Assembly (NCBI GenBank): GCA_964016885.1
Contig: OZ024742.1
Location: 247,318,001 to 247,382,000 of the forward strand
Length of the DNA: 64,000 bases
DNA from: Eledone cirrhosa
Lineage: Eukaryota
Direction: 5' to 3'
This document shows positions 40,575 through 56,952 of this stretch, piece after piece (the stretch's first letter is position 1; every line of letters begins with the position of its first letter). The position numbers were made by a program, and so were the translations under genes. The notes beneath the pieces are model-generated. The model made no database searches, was not told where the DNA came from, and saw nothing but the letters and a program-made list of their open reading frames with translations.

Positions 40575-41420
40575 AGCAAATGGGGCCCATGCGCTGGCCT
40601 CCCGCGATTCCCTGGAGGATGGTAAGGAAGAGCATTTCCATCTCGCGAGCTCACATCTGCAGGTATCCAACTCTGTGTCGATGGTGGTGAGTAGGGAGGT
40701 CACTCTACTGCTACTTGTTCGATCGCAACCCTGTCAGAACGCGACCGATATGTGGAGAGCTTACACTTCTCTGCCTGAAGTGCAGTAGAGCCTGGATTAG
40801 TCGCAGACTGCATCAGGTTGTGACTGGAGAATGCGTCCCAGATGAGGGGTTTACTACCACAGAAAGCGAAGATGGTCATGCCGTCCGCCCTTTTGGCGTC
40901 ACCTCAGTCCAGCCCACAGGCTCGAGCTAGGAGGGGAAATCTGTAGCATCCAAGCAATGCTTTATGGCCTCGTTGAGAGCAGCATGGTATTGATCTGCAG
41001 CGACATTTGTGTGGCTCGCAGATCCGGAGGCCGACACTCAGGGAAACTCCGATTCGCCGCGTGCCAGTCTAAAAGGAGGGTAACACATTGAGCTAGGCAC
41101 GGCTGTGTTGTTACGAGGTGGAACGAATACATGCGAGGCGTTGCTGACCGCGCTGGTGCGCTAGCCTGTTAGAGGCCATGTCGCACTGGATGGCATTCCA
41201 TATGCTCCGGGAGGGAGTTGACGTCAACAGGGAGAAGAGGAGAAAAGGCGTCTACTGGGCTAAGTCGGAGCCGATTCGAAGCCTTGCTGGGGCATCACGT
41301 CCCTCGATCGCAGTGGGAGATTTATGCTACTGGGCCAAGGAGCACTTGCCGGGTGAGAGTCCTTCACATGAAGTTCTAGCCTCCTTTTCACCGGTATTTG
41401 AACTATATAGCATCGGCATT
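40575..41420 (-). mobile_element. CRE-like RLE non-LTR retrotransposon, C-terminal relic
   Basis: Minus translation ICEPHKCRC, HAALNEAIK, LEPVG, DAKRADGMT...PLIWDA...AEKCKLSTY...VAVE, resembling the CRE-type GKRPDG..WDA..AE..K..KY endonuclease. Confidence 0.7.
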
Positions 41421-42269
41421 TAAGCACCCATTAAGAGGATTAGAGAATATAAGTCCACCAACACCAATGTTTCTAACGTAACATCACTGTACTTGGGATA
41501 GTTTACATGACGCTTCTTATCATTAATACCATTAAAGCTCTTTTGCCTTCTTTAATATTTTCTAAAAATGAGCTCTGTGTGATTAATGGTGAAATCATTC
41601 TTAATATTTTATTTAAATTGCTACTTATTTTCACATGCTTCTGTGTTAGTGGTGGTTGTATGAGTGTCATTGTATTTGTTTGATGCCCGTGGCTGCTTTT
41701 TTAATCATCGTTTTTATTTTGTTTCAAGTTCAGCAATCTCAGTATATATACATATAGATGTCTACTTCGCGAAGTCATTTGCACTTCTACTGTTGTTGCT
41801 GGTTTTGTAATTTGTTTCGACTTAGCTAAACTTTGTAGCCATAACAACAAGATGAAGTGGGTGTTGCGTTGGTTTTGTATGTACACCTGTTGTCATTGCT
41901 GCTGGCAAAGTTGACATCTAACGTACTTTTGTTTTGTCAAAAATGAATTGAATTTTTGAGAAAGGCCATTAAAGATTTTTTTTCAGCGGATTAGGGGAGG
42001 GTGAACTTTGGAACAGCCCCTAAGAGTCTGTTCAGTGGGGGAATTATTGTTTTTTTCAGCACTTGTCTGATCCCTTACGGAAACCTATGATATTATTTTG
42101 GACAGATCGCGGTCGGTATAAATATATAAATTATTATCATCATTATTATGCTCCCTTCCAAATCCTGCCGAGTGTCAACGTGGCATCTGATGCAAAATTT
42201 GATAATACACACATTTTTACAATCAATTGTCACACAAATGATGCCACAAGGGCAAAAACAACAGTAAAT

Positions 42270-43835
42270 GTCGTTGCAAAGTTTTTCAATTGATAATGCC
42301 CTTCTTAGTACGTGGGCAGTACCCGTCAGCATTGCTTTCTGTATCTCTTGCTGCGGTGGCTTTCCAGTTTTCCGGTCCAAATATATTTCAGTACCCTTTA
42401 TGATCATTCCATATGCGCCGACTATCAACTGCATTGTACAGACCTTAAGATGGCACATTTTCTCAATTTCAAATGATAAATCTTCACGCTTACTGAGCTT
42501 TCCAAACTCTTCCAAGATGTTACGATCTGATGGAATGCTCATGTCAATTAAGGAACATGTTTTCTCGTTATGACCCTTCGCAATTATATCAGGTCTGTTG
42601 GCCTTGGTTGTTCTGTAGTATTCACAGGGAAATCCCAAAGGATTGCTGCGTTCTCATCTCCTCTTACTGCATCTGGGTGATGCTCGTAAAATCGTTTCTC
42701 CGTTTTCAGACCATAAAACCTGCACAGAACCCAGTGTAAGTATTGCCCCACTCTACCATGTCTCGTTTTATAGTCCTGCGCAGCTAATACCTTGCAGCCT
42801 GAAACCAGGTGGTCGATGGCTCAACATGCTCATCATAGAATCGAAACCTTTGGTCAGTTCCATTTCTGGTCACATTGGCTTGATAGTTGCGCATTGGGAG
42901 ACATTGGTCTTGTGTAAAGAAAATGAATCATTCACTCTCTGCCTTTAACCCAGAACTGCGTAGCCACTAATGGGTGAGAGCTTGATATACATCAGGTTCG
43001 TTGCTACGGGGAACATACTACACATGCAGTGGTTTTTGCTCTCAATTAGTGTGCAGTCTCTGTTAGCCTTTCATATTTTGCCAACACTTTGATATTCTTT
43101 GCGGCTTTATTTGAAGAATCGCCATTATTATTTTCAAACATTATTCCCAATTCTTCTGCAAACTTCCTACTTTCCTATGTAACTTTCCTCCTTTCCTTCC
43201 TGAACTGCGTCCATTTTCATTATCAAGTCATCTGTAGTTTTAAAGAACTGATTGAGTCCAAATGGTCGATATCCTCTATGAAAGATCTAGCTGGATCATT
43301 CTTCTACCTCCATTTTGCTTAGGGAGATAGAGGCGATTCACATCTGCTTTTGTGTGATGTATTCGATTACAGCTCAATAGCTTCCTGATTTTGGTGTCTA
43401 TTCTCTTAATTTCGTTAAATTCCAAATTATAATGTTGAAACTGTAGGTGACAACATTGAATACAAGCGCATTTATGGCAGATAATTTATTTCTCGAATTA
43501 AGCTGTTTCATGATAGCACGTACTCTCTGGTAGCAATTCCTCCCTGATTTTCTCTTTCCTGTTGGCGTGGTGAATACCTCGGCTTTCATTGATCCTTAGA
43601 TATCTTTAGACTTGTTCTTGTTCTAGTTCCCTAATTACCGTATTCGCATCTATTTCCATTGTCATTGTGCCTTTTTTAATGTTGCTTTGGCGCATTTTTC
43701 CAATCCAAACTTCATTCCCACATCATGGCTGAACACCTTGACTGTCTTTGTTTTGTTAAGTGCTAAAGACAGCGGTGTGAGTGCAATGCAAAATATCAGA
43801 GAAGAAAACGAATCATCCTGAAAAATAACACATTT
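42270..43835 (-). mobile_element. R4/Dong-like RLE LINE relic
   Basis: RT remnant VFQDDSFSSLIFCIALTPLS and RLE ANRPDII...LIDMSIPSD...KLSK.EDL; many stops. Confidence 0.75.
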
Positions 43836-43854
43836 GTTGTTGTTGCTAGTATTA

Positions 43855-46075
<2,221 letters not shown>

Positions 46076-46095
46076 TATTATCATTATTATAAAAA

Positions 46096-46207
46096 ATCCC
46101 GCCGAGGTTAACTTTGCCTTTCATCCTTACGGGGTCGATAAAATAAAGTACCAGTAATGTACTGGGTAATTGCTGGCCTTGTGCCAATAGTAGAAACAAT
46201 TATTATT
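46096..46207 (+). mobile_element. 5'-truncated tRNA-derived SINE; further copies at about 48975-49103 and 62350-62452
   Basis: aatcccgccgaggttaactttgcctttcatccttacggggtcgataaaataaagtaccag...agaaacaattatt. Confidence 0.82.
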
Positions 46208-46224
46208 AAATTTGTTAATTATTA

Positions 46225-48960
46225 TTTAAATTTCACTTCGAAAGGAAGGTGTGGGTGGAGAGAGAAGTGCTGCCCCCAGTACATTTACTGAAAGGTGGGT
46301 GAATGTGGCGAGAATGGGCCGTGTGAGTGGGCCTACTCTGATCATGCGCCTGTAGGTTGGTGAATTTGAGGAGGAGACGGGTGCTCTTCCCAGGTGCCAT
46401 CGAAGCGTCGGGTAGTTCAGGATTGGTGTAGTACCTGAATTTTCATTGTTGTATTTTTCTTGTTTATTGGTTTCCTATTTTTTACTCGATTTTTGTGTAA
46501 CACCCCCACTGTCCCCGTCTATTGTATTGCCCCCTATATGCCGGCCGTTGTGGCCAATACATGAAACCATTATCCTTGTTTAGTGTTAGTGGGCGACTTG
46601 GTTACTGTTAGTGGGGGCCTGGAACGGTATCTTAGATGCACACTGGGATTATATGGAGCTAGTAGATAGGGGATAAGGGTGTAAAAGCTTAACCAATCTG
46701 CTCAAACGTTTTGAACTGTCTGACAGGTATCAACTGAATTATCCGAATGTACCAATGGGTACATGGTCAAACCACATCGGATCATCCAGATTGTATCTAG
46801 ATAGGGTATTCTGTAGGGAAATAGATAAGGCTAGTGTAGGTTTTCCACAATTTAAAGTAGTCGACTATACGGGAAGCAATGACAGACTGCACGAGGGGTA
46901 AATCGCCAGGTTTAGATGGTCTGCCCTACGAGATTTATGCGTACGTGCTAGGCTTGTTCTCCGGACAGATTCATCCACGACAACCTCCACCTCATGTGAT
47001 ACATCAGGGAGAGGGTGGTTAAAGAACCTGGAATGGGTGGGGGTCCTGATCAACTTGGATTAATCTAAATTATTTGATAGATTCGACCATCGGTACCTCG
47101 CGGCGGTCCTCTAGGAGGCCAGCTTCGTGGTTGTCAGGAGTTGGATCGCTGCGATGCACAGCGACATCTTCTCGGTTGTGAGGGTGATCAGTCACCTGTC
47201 GCAGCCGTTCAGCATCATGCGTTGGTTCCACCTCTCGTCCCTCTTGTACGTATTCGCTCTCGAGCTGTTACTGCACAGCTTGGAGGTGATGAGGGGCGTC
47301 CCATGCGAACTGGGATGCGAGGGATCCGTGTCGGCTTACGCCGACGACATCACCGTGGTGGTGTCGAGCACTTGATAAGTCCAGATGCTCGGCACTGCTC
47401 TCGAGGAATACGAATCGTTGACATGAGCAAAGGTAATACAGGAAACGTCAGTGGGCTTGCAGCTAGGCACCTGGAGAGGCAAGCCCATGTCGCCCGACAG
47501 CGTCGTAGGGCGCTGGACGGAAGGACTGGTTAAATTTCTCGGGGTCTGGTCTTGTCAGGACCTCCAGCTGGAGAAAACCTGGAGGGAAGTGACGAGCAGG
47601 GTGGCCTTTCTCAACCAGTAACGGACCGAGATGAATCTGAACCTGAAAGGTCGGGTGGAGGTGGCGAATGCGTACATCGCATCCGTCATCTGCATTCGCT
47701 TGACCGTCGGGCTTTGCCCCGGCTCAACTCTGACCAAAATGGAGCGCCTCCTCTTCCGATATTAGTGGAAGGGACGATCCATCTGGTGTCAGTACCCGTT
47801 GCGTGGAGGACTGGGAATGCCGTGGCTGATGATGCACAAACATGCGCTGAGGCTGCGACACCTCTGGTGTTTACTTGACGGTGAACAGGTGTGGTCACCG
47901 TTTGCAAGACGCATTTTTTCCCAGCTCTTCTACTTGACGGACTTGCAGTCCTAGGTCAAGAAATGACCGAGAGATAGCGCTTGGAACCTGGAATGTCTCT
48001 AAGCGCTCATCACTCTCGACCAGCTGGGCATTAGTATCGGTGGAAAATCCATCTCGGCGTTCTATACAGGACTAGTGGCGGGGAGGGGGAGAATGATGGC
48101 GTTCTCGGGGAGTCCATGGGCGTCGAAGACGATCAGCAGTTCGCTCTCTTCAAGAAAACTTTCAGCCTGGGGCCTATGGATAACTTCCAGGAATGCCTGT
48201 CCTGGCAATGCTACTGGGGAGTGTTGCCGGTTAGAGATAAGCTCTATAGGAACGGAAGTGCCGTCAGCCGAGCCCATCTGTGATGCATGCATGGTGACGA
48301 AACCGTCATGCACGTACTTGTTCAGTGCCCGAACATTGCTGACTTGTGGGGTTATCTCGAACAGTCGTTTGTAGGATGGACCCAGTTATCGACTGACTCT
48401 GTTGTGCAGATAACCCCACCATCCTCCTTTAAGGAGGGGGAGGGCAGGCAGTTTTCATCTGCTTGGTAGCCATGGCGAAAAGGATTGTATGGTGGACAAA
48501 GCTGAAAGGGTTGAAGACGGACACTTTCCTCTCCGGTGTATCACTGATTAACTTTTTCAAGTTTCACTTGAACAGGAAAATCAGGGTGGTGAGACTAGTG
48601 CAGTCTTCTAGTAAGTTTGTTGAAAGGTGGGTGAAAGTGGCGAGTCTGGTCCTAGTGAACGGGCCCGCTCTGAGTATATGCTTGTAGACTGAGAGTGGGA
48701 GAATATTGAGTGGGCGCTTGCCCTGGTGGTCAGGGTGGCCATGATCTTTTGTGTATATTTTTTATGCCATGAATGACTCTCGGAGATTTCCTCCTTTGGG
48801 GAATTTGTGGAGTTTGATTTTTTAATTTGTTTTTACACATTTCTATTTTCTTGTTATAACCTTTTTACATGGCCAAAACCCACTGTGTATCGCCCTTTAC
48901 CGTTCTGTGCCGTCTGTAATGTGTTTCTTCTTGTTAGTCCTTGTGGCCAATAAATAAATC
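46225..48960 (+). mobile_element. Old Tx1-clade relics: 3' stub (46225-46570) followed by a deleted and decayed ORF2 copy
   Basis: APE remnant (YLDRV), IHDNLHLM, SAYADD, IVWWTKLKGL...VNGPALSICL, all homologous to copies A and B; ends ggccaataaa. Confidence 0.85.
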
Positions 48961-50380
48961 ATTAAATCACATCGAGGTCAGCTTTGTCTTTCATCATTCC
49001 GAGGTTGATCAAATAGAATACCATTTAAGTATTGGGTCGATTTAATCGACTTTCCATTCCTCTCAAGTTGTAGGCTTTGTAACTAAATTAGAAACTATTA
49101 TTATTCCGGCCTCTAGTCAGAGTTCACTAATCAAACGAGAGTGAGAAGTCCGGAGTTTATCCCAATATGCGCTCACCTGCTGAAATTCTATGACACCGCA
49201 AATAACAGGACGTCATCGATTTGTGAGTGCCAACAGGGGCTAGTATCTGACAACGTTCTGGTGCATGACAGAGGCTAGAATTTGTGAAAGTCTGGATGCA
49301 GACCAGAAGCTAGTATCTGGCAATATCTGCCTCGTCACTGCAGGAACCATCGCCATTGAACTTGAAATTTAACTGAATCCAAAAAGGTCCATTCGAATGA
49401 ATTCATTTAAGTTGGATAACACATCGTACCTGTGAAAAGCTCCACACTTAGACAGTAGTACATCTTTATGGCTCAAAAACGATTGGAACAGCTGAAATCA
49501 GTACTAAAGTTTATCATAGTCTGTCAGATTCTTGTATTTTCAGGTCAACCCGGAAAGCTCCATCACAATTGATGTTGCCCTTTTTCATCATGCAATCAAT
49601 AATCCCTAAAGATAGGGTCATTGTTTTCGTGTTTTTATCTAGGATTAATCCACTAGTCCTGCCCATATAAGAATGGAATGTTCCCTTCTGGGACCGTCTA
49701 GGAACATTGTAAATGTCAGTCCTTTTCAAAGATATGAGATTTTTCCTATTATGTAACGCTCAGTAACAGAGTGTGGCGCTATTAACTGCGCATCAGTCTG
49801 TGAAGGGTGCTAACTCTACTCTAGAAATAGAAGAAGCCAAAGCCCACGCACTAAAACATACAAAAAAATTGAAGAATATTACATACATATGTAAATTAAT
49901 TATTTTCTATATATTATGATTCCGTCAGAATTCCGGAAATATCTAACACCTTGAAGATTTTTTAAATACATGCATATAAACTTAAATATATATGATACAT
50001 ACACATACACACTCACACATACACACACATATATATGTATGTCTATATATATATACATATTTAGAAAGAGACAATGAGAACAGAGAGAGAAACTAGTATG
50101 CACACACCCAAACGCACACTCACACTCACACACACACCCACACACTTACGGACACACACACGCGCACACACATAAATATATATATGTATATATGTATATA
50201 TCGTTTACAAATATTTACAGATGAATAAAAAAAGGTAAATATGAACTAGGCCAAGCGTCAGGTGTCAGAGTCGAGGACCAAATTAAAATACAAAGTTTTC
50301 GTAGACAACATAGAAACATATATACATACATATGAAAAGTTACATACACAAACGGACGCGCGCGCGCACACACACACACA

Positions 50381-50434
<54 letters not shown>

Positions 50435-50460
50435 TATATATATGTTTATCTATCTATCTT

Positions 50461-50522
<62 letters not shown>

Positions 50523-50525
50523 TAC

Positions 50526-50560
<35 letters not shown>

Positions 50561-51322
50561 AGTGTGTGTGGGTATGATTACGGTGTATATCAGCGTGCAT
50601 GTGCGCATGCACAACTGTACGTGAGAACAGCCGATAAAAAATGACCAGAATCTTGAGAAGTATATATCTTGAATAATTTAGTTCGCTATATCAATCATAT
50701 TTTTAGAATCACTTCGTATATCATTATAATATTTTAGCTGACATATTGGTTTTAATACATGCATCTGATTTATGGACTCATTTGAATTCTAGATATTTTC
50801 CACAATATTTGATAAATATATGTATGTATGTATGTATGTATATTTGTATGTGTATGTATGCATGTATGTACGTATGTATGTATTTATGTATGTAAGTATG
50901 TTTATATTGATATATGTAGGTATGCAAGTATGTATGTGTGTATGCGTGTATGTAAGTGCGCATGTATATATGTATGCATAATGTATGTATGTGGTTGTTT
51001 GTATATATGTTTCTATCTAAATATCCAACTATGTATCTATCTATCTATTTATCAATCAATTTATGTACCTACCCTCGTATTTATGTAGGAATTTAAAAAT
51101 CCTGTTGTCATTCCAACGACACACACTCATATATATATACGCATATATATATTTGTATATATATGCATATACATATATTTATATATAGAGAGGGGGCGGG
51201 TGGGGGGGTGTATAGCGTTGTCATAAGAGATGTCAACATGAATGGACTTGGTATTTTTATCTAAAGACATTTTTCCAATTCCAACCCACCTTTCCATTCA
51301 ATCTATCTTATTTCTCATTCTT

Positions 51323-51358
51323 TCTTCTGATGAAAGACTAGCGTTCGAAATGTTAAGA
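51323..51358 (+). ncRNA. Very short minimal hammerhead motif in a PLE pLTR remnant
   Basis: UCUU-CUGAUGA-AAGACUAGCGUUC-GAAA-UG-UU^AAGA; stem III probably ACGU before CpG decay. Confidence 0.55.
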
Positions 51359-51549
51359 CCCTCTTCTTGATATTTCAAGCGTTAATCTAATATATTCCTT
51401 CCATATACTGTAACAATTGCCGCCTAACCCATGCGATCGTGGAAGATGGACGTTAAACGAAGATGATGGTGATGAATTGTGTTGTTATTTCTGTTTACGT
51501 TTTACATACATATATATATATTTATATATATATGTGTGTGTGTGCGCGC

Positions 51550-51580
<31 letters not shown>

Positions 51581-51639
51581 TGTGCGAGTGAGTGTGTGTG
51601 AGTGTTAATTTAGATGTGTTTATAATTATGAAACTACGG

Positions 51640-52330
51640 CAGACAGTTAAAATGCATATTCTTCACTTACATATTAAACGTTTGAAAGTGCACCAAAACT
51701 CCAACGTCACCCCTTCTCCGAGAGACACCCATCGTTGCAACCTCTGTGCAGGAGTCTGCAAGTCCCTATCTGCACCAACAGTCCATGTCCGCGCTGCTCA
51801 TGCTTAAGTAACAAACAATGGCATTAGTCGATAAGCGATGGCATATGTCAGGTCGATCGTCAGCGCTACTGGTATAATGTAACCCGTATAACATGTACAT
51901 GGTCGGGTCGCTGTCGATTAAACCGGTAATCCCACCCAACTTGCTTGATGATGAGGGTGATTTTGGACACCCTGTGTGATGAAAGACAAAACCCATCAAA
52001 GGGCGGAGGAGCTCAGGAGAGTCAAGGGCCATCCAATAGAGCGACTGCCAGTTTTCCTTAAGACATCTCTCTAAGAGAAGGTCACCCTGATATAAAACAT
52101 GCGACTTCGTTCGCATCCAATGATCTAGATCAGTTCTACTTTTGGGGTAGATGCATAGATGTCTAGAGAGAGTGTTTTCCCCAGTGCAAAGACTTTCTTT
52201 TCTTATAAATGCTTCAAGAACAGGTATCGCTTGATTTGTGGCATTGGTTTGCGATATGCATGGCATTACTCGCCATAGGCAAGCCCATTACAAAAATAAA
52301 AAAGCCACGTCTATGATGTTCATGATTAAG
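51640..52330 (+). mobile_element. Probable RTE-like LINE fragments (C-terminal C2H2 finger then UTR-like sequence)
   Basis: HRCNLCAGVCKSLSAPTVHVRAAH at about 51730-51805 resembles the terminal Zn finger of RTE ORFs. Confidence 0.4.
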
Positions 52331-52465
52331 TATCAAACGATGGCAATACTCAAAACCTAGTTGCAGCCATCATCAGCATGTGTGTATGTATGTATGTATG
52401 TATGTATGTATGTATGTATGTATGTATGTATGTATGTATGTATGTATGTATGTATGTATGTATGT

Positions 52466-52748
52466 TCTTCTGGTTTTATAATTTCACAAAGTTTTACCAA
52501 TAGAGAGAGAGTCGGTTTCTAACATAGACACAAGACTCTCTCATTGGAATTTATACAACATCAACTAGGTAGATATGTATGTATGCATTCATGTGTAGAT
52601 ATGGATGTTATTGTATGTGTGGATGTGTATGTTTTGAGTTGTGTGTGTGCATGTGTATATGCTTTGCATCTGTACATGTGTATATGCAGTTATTGGATGC
52701 AACATTTTTGGAATGTTTTACATATTTTTACTGTTCCATTAATGGATT
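52466..52748 (-). mobile_element. 3' stub of the adjacent R4-clade LINE, bounded by (TATG)n
   Basis: Matches 52763-53060; encodes QSINGTVKICKTFQ; (TATG)n at 52384-52465 and 52749-52762. Confidence 0.85.
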
Positions 52749-52762
52749 GTATGTATGTATGT

Positions 52763-55700
52763 CCTTCTGGTTTTATAATTTCGCAAATTTTTGCCAATAG
52801 AGAGAGAGTTGGTTTCCAACATAGTTACAAGACTCTCTCATTGGAATTTGCATAACATCCCATCAACTAGATAGATATGTATGCCTGTCTTCATGCATGC
52901 ATGTGTAGATATGGATGTTATTGCATGTGTGGATGTGGATGTTTTGAGTTGTAATTGTGCATGTGCATACGCTTTGTATCTGTACCTATGTATATGCAGT
53001 TATTAGATGCAAAATCTTTGGAATGTTTTACATATTTTTACTGTTCCATTAATGGATTGTACTTGTAATTTCCTAACTAGTTGTGTTCTTTCTGTTCCTG
53101 TGAAGCCTAGCTTCTCAAGATTTATATTGAGGCAGTTACTAACATATTCCAGTGCCCCAATAATCACAGGCATAAATCTGAAGGTGTAATCAGGGTGGAG
53201 TGTCTGCAGATTTCTCATCAGTTCTGCATAAATATTCTCCTTTTCACTAAGCTTTGATATTGTATTGGCATCTGCTGGGTAGCTAATTTCCACTACTGTG
53301 CATGCTTTCTTCTCCCTGCTCCATATCATAATATCTGGTCTGTTATGCCTGCATTTTATTGGGGTTTTTACTGGAACATTCCACCAGTACTCTTTTATAT
53401 TATGTACATGGATGTCTTCCACATTGCTGTAGCTTTTAATGTGTTTATTATCGGGGATATCTTTTTTACGAACTGCATTGTACAGTGTTTTGGCCCCTAC
53501 ATCATGCCTCATAGGTAGATAGTACCGCGATGACATCTTTGGACAGCTGCTGATGACATGGGTAATATCCTCGATGTTAGTTCTGCAGAGTCTGCACTTG
53601 TTATCACATCTAGGTGTTTTGCCTGCATCCCTATCTCTTTTGTGAATCAGGTATTTCGTGTTAATCTCCTGTTCTTGGATTGCAAAAGCGTATCCTTCAA
53701 AGTGAGAGCCAATATAGCGGTTGTTGGTCCAAGATAGACTACTTTCCTTATCTATATTACACTCACTCTGGAGCTTCCTGGCAACATATCCATGCATGAG
53801 ATTTTGCTGATAAGTATGCAGTTTTTCATCCATGGATTCACTGCGATACTACTGAGCGACTTCCCTGGGTGTGAGTTTTTGATTATCACACAGGAGGGAA
53901 TATCTCTCGAGGAGTTCCTTCCCAACTCTCATGATCTTATCTGTTTCATGCAGATAGACTTGCTCGAGAAACGGGCTTCTACGCTTTGAGGTTCGTAGAT
54001 GTTGTTGGAGAGATATGATGCGACATTCAAATGTTGTCTGGACTGATGTTAGGCCTCTGCCTCCCTGCTTACGTTTCAAGTAAAGGCGGTCTATGTCACT
54101 GTTGATGTGGAAGTTTCCGGTGTTGTTTTGTATTTTTCGAGTTCCAACATCAACTGCTCGGATTTCGTCTATCGTCCAATTGAGTATTCCAAACGTTGGT
54201 GTTAGGACAGGCACAGCAAACACATTGTGAGCCACTGTTTTGTTTTGCGCAGAGAATTCCGATGACCAAATCTTTCTTAATCGGGTGTAGTATTCCCTGG
54301 TTACGCGTTCTTTATTACAGATACCATTATAGGATATGTTCTTATCTAACCCCAGGTATCTGTAGCAGTCCTCATCAGATATTGGTGAAACAGTTAGGCC
54401 ATTGATGACAATGTTGCTAGATTGGGTTGTTGTTTTTCTCCGCTTTACAGTCATGTATGAGCATTTATCTTGGCCAAACTCCATTCCTATATCCTTTGAG
54501 AACGTTGTAACCAGGTCAAGATTTTTCTTCATCCACTCCATGTTCTTGGCATAGAATTTCAGATCGTCCACAAAGAAATAATGGGTTAGGTTCGTATTTC
54601 TGTCCTCCTTTGAGCCAATAAAGTATCCCTCACATTTCTTGAGCAGAAAGGACAAGGGGTTTAATGACAAGATGAATAAAATCACAGAGAGAGACTGTCC
54701 CACTGAAATATACCCCTGCAATATTTTATTTTATCAGTGAAAATAGAGTCCTCCCTCTCCCTCTTTACCCTCAGGATAATAGCCCAAGAAGAAGACAGCC
54801 TTTCTATGGCTCTGACAATAATGTCTGGGACTTTAGCAAGTGGGAGGGCTTCTATCATCCAGTGGGGAACAGAATCGAAATCTTTCCTGTAGTCCATCCA
54901 GACTGTAGCCATATTCCTCCTAAGTTGTCGCACCTCCGACATCGCAGTTTTGTTGATTAGGAGTTGTTCAGCAGATCCCCAAACTCCTTTCTTTCCAGCT
55001 GCTTTTTCATCTGTGATGATGTTATTATTTTCACAGTGATCTTGGAGGAATAGGTTCAGGCAGGCTGTATACATCTTATACATCAGGTTCTGGCATGCAA
55101 TGGGTCGGTAGTTTTTTGTCAAGTGGGTGTCTTTGTTCTTGGAGACCAGTAATGTTTGTGCTAATGTCAACCATTCTGGTATACGTGTATCTCCCTTAAG
55201 AACTTGTTTGTAGAGGTCAGTAAGATACCTCCGATAGAATATCAGTTTGTTGTGCCAGTAGCTGACAATAATGTCTCTTATTGGTGTTTTCTTATCTTGG
55301 AGTTTTTCCTATCACAGTCTCGAGGGTACCCTGACTTATTTTATATGTTTTTGTTGTAGTGTAGGAGCAATAGTTCTTTCGGATTTCTCTTAGCCACACT
55401 GCATCTTGGTTGAAATTCTTCTTTTCACCCCATATTTTTCTCCAAAAGGAATTTATGTCTTTCTGAGATGGGCCTCAGTGACACTTATTATTTTGCCCTT
55501 CATATCTCTATAGACTGATGTTTGGTTTCGTCTGAATCTTTTATTAAGCACTTTTCTTTCATCTACCTTCTTCAGGTATCGGCGTTTTTCGCTAACAGCT
55601 CTCAATTCTTGTTTGAGGGTGATCAGCTTATATTGAAGAGTTCTGGTTCTACTGTTACCAAACATCGTCTCTATTTTACTTTTCACTCTTTTTTGGTGAG

Positions 55701-56638
55701 GAGTGAGGTTTTTTTTGTGTTTGTTTGCATGTAAGGAGCATTGTCACATTATCGTAGGTCAGCAATCTTTTTTTATATTTTAGTTATATATGATGCTATT
55801 TTTGGTGGTGTTCTGTTCTTGTTAATATCTCTGCTATCACCAAGATAATGCTTCACTGTCGTTGCTAAGGCATATAAATAGGCGTTGATTTGCCTAAATG
55901 TTGGGGTTTTTATCCGTCGTAAATATTCATCCTCTATTTCGTCAATAACACGTAATATTTCATTATTTGTTTTTTAATTAAACATTGTCTTTTTAAAACG
56001 TACAGGAAGAGAAATATTTATACATGAATTAATTTCTCTCTGGAAGATTTCGTTGAGGGAAAATTTCAATCGTTTATACTTTTGATTATCATTATCGATA
56101 GTATTTTCCACAATAGTCGAGGTACACGTGGTGTCAAATTTCTTCGATTATTATTATTATTATCGATAGTGTTTTCCCCAGTATTCGAGGTAGACTTAGA
56201 TGGTACAAGTGGTGTCAAATTTCTTACAGGCATAGTTGTTTCAAGGCACTGTTCGACCTGGCTGCTAGGAAGTCTAGTAGCATGGCGACCTGTAGCACGT
56301 GCTGTTGATAACATGTTTGTTGTGGGGGGGCTTACAATTAATAATATTTATCTTATTTTTACGTTCAACAAACGTCGCATGTTGGCGTAATTGTTTCGCT
56401 GTTAAATAGTTTAGCTCTGGGTGTATTTCGTTCCAGTGTAGCTTCAGTCTGTTCATATAGCCAATGGAGGGATTGTTTTTTGCCATTTTATAACAATTAA
56501 ATAAATCATTATTAAGTTCGCAACTCCAAGAGAAATGCGATTTATAATTTCGGTTCCTTCTGCAGCTACAACTGAACAAACAAAGTTTGTTTACCTTCCT
56601 TGTTATTTGTCTTCAGTACTTCCTTAATTTTGTTGTTG
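52763..56638 (-). mobile_element. Near full-length R4/Dong-like RLE LINE with frameshifts
   Basis: N-term GYMNRLKLHW; RT NYRPIAC, GIFQ.DSLS, FFVDDLK, YRYLG; CCHC CRLC...HVISSC; RLE RHD, HNRPDI, VVEIS, KENIY; (TATG)n on both flanks. Confidence 0.92.
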
Positions 56639-56762
56639 ATGTATGTATGTATGTATGTATGTATGTATGTATGTATGTATGTATGTATGTATGTATGTAT
56701 GTATGTATGTATGCATGTATGTATGTATGTATGTATGTATGTATGTATGTATGTATGTATGT

Positions 56763-56952
56763 TATCTCTTTCTCTTAATTTCGAGTATATTTTTTGGACC
56801 GGCCACCTTCCTGGTGGCAAGATTGTAAAAGAAAAGAAATTGTCATCCCTTGAATCGCAAGAATGTTTTGCAAATTTTGAAGGTGCCAGCTATCGCAGCC
56901 ATTTGTAGACTATGAATTAGGGAGCTTCGCTTTTTGTCCGCAAATCCAAGTT
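56763..56952 (-). mobile_element. 3' stub of a second, related R4-clade family inside (TATG)n
   Basis: Minus translation LGFADKKRSSLIHSLQMAAIAGTFKICKTFLRFKG* aligns with LGFTGTERTQLVRKLQVQSINGTVKICKTFQRFCI*; different 3'UTR; (TATG)n at 56639-56762 and 56953-57075. Confidence 0.8.

Noticed and set aside
40580-40625. HDV-like ribozyme start (GGGGCCC...CCUCCCGCG)
   Set aside because: P1, P2 and P3 could not be closed; it is antisense to the CRE-like coding relic.
49105-49750. Possible Ty3/gypsy RT relic (FIRMDLFGFS, IDDVLLFA on minus)
   Set aside because: Only two short degenerate motifs; needs an HMM search.
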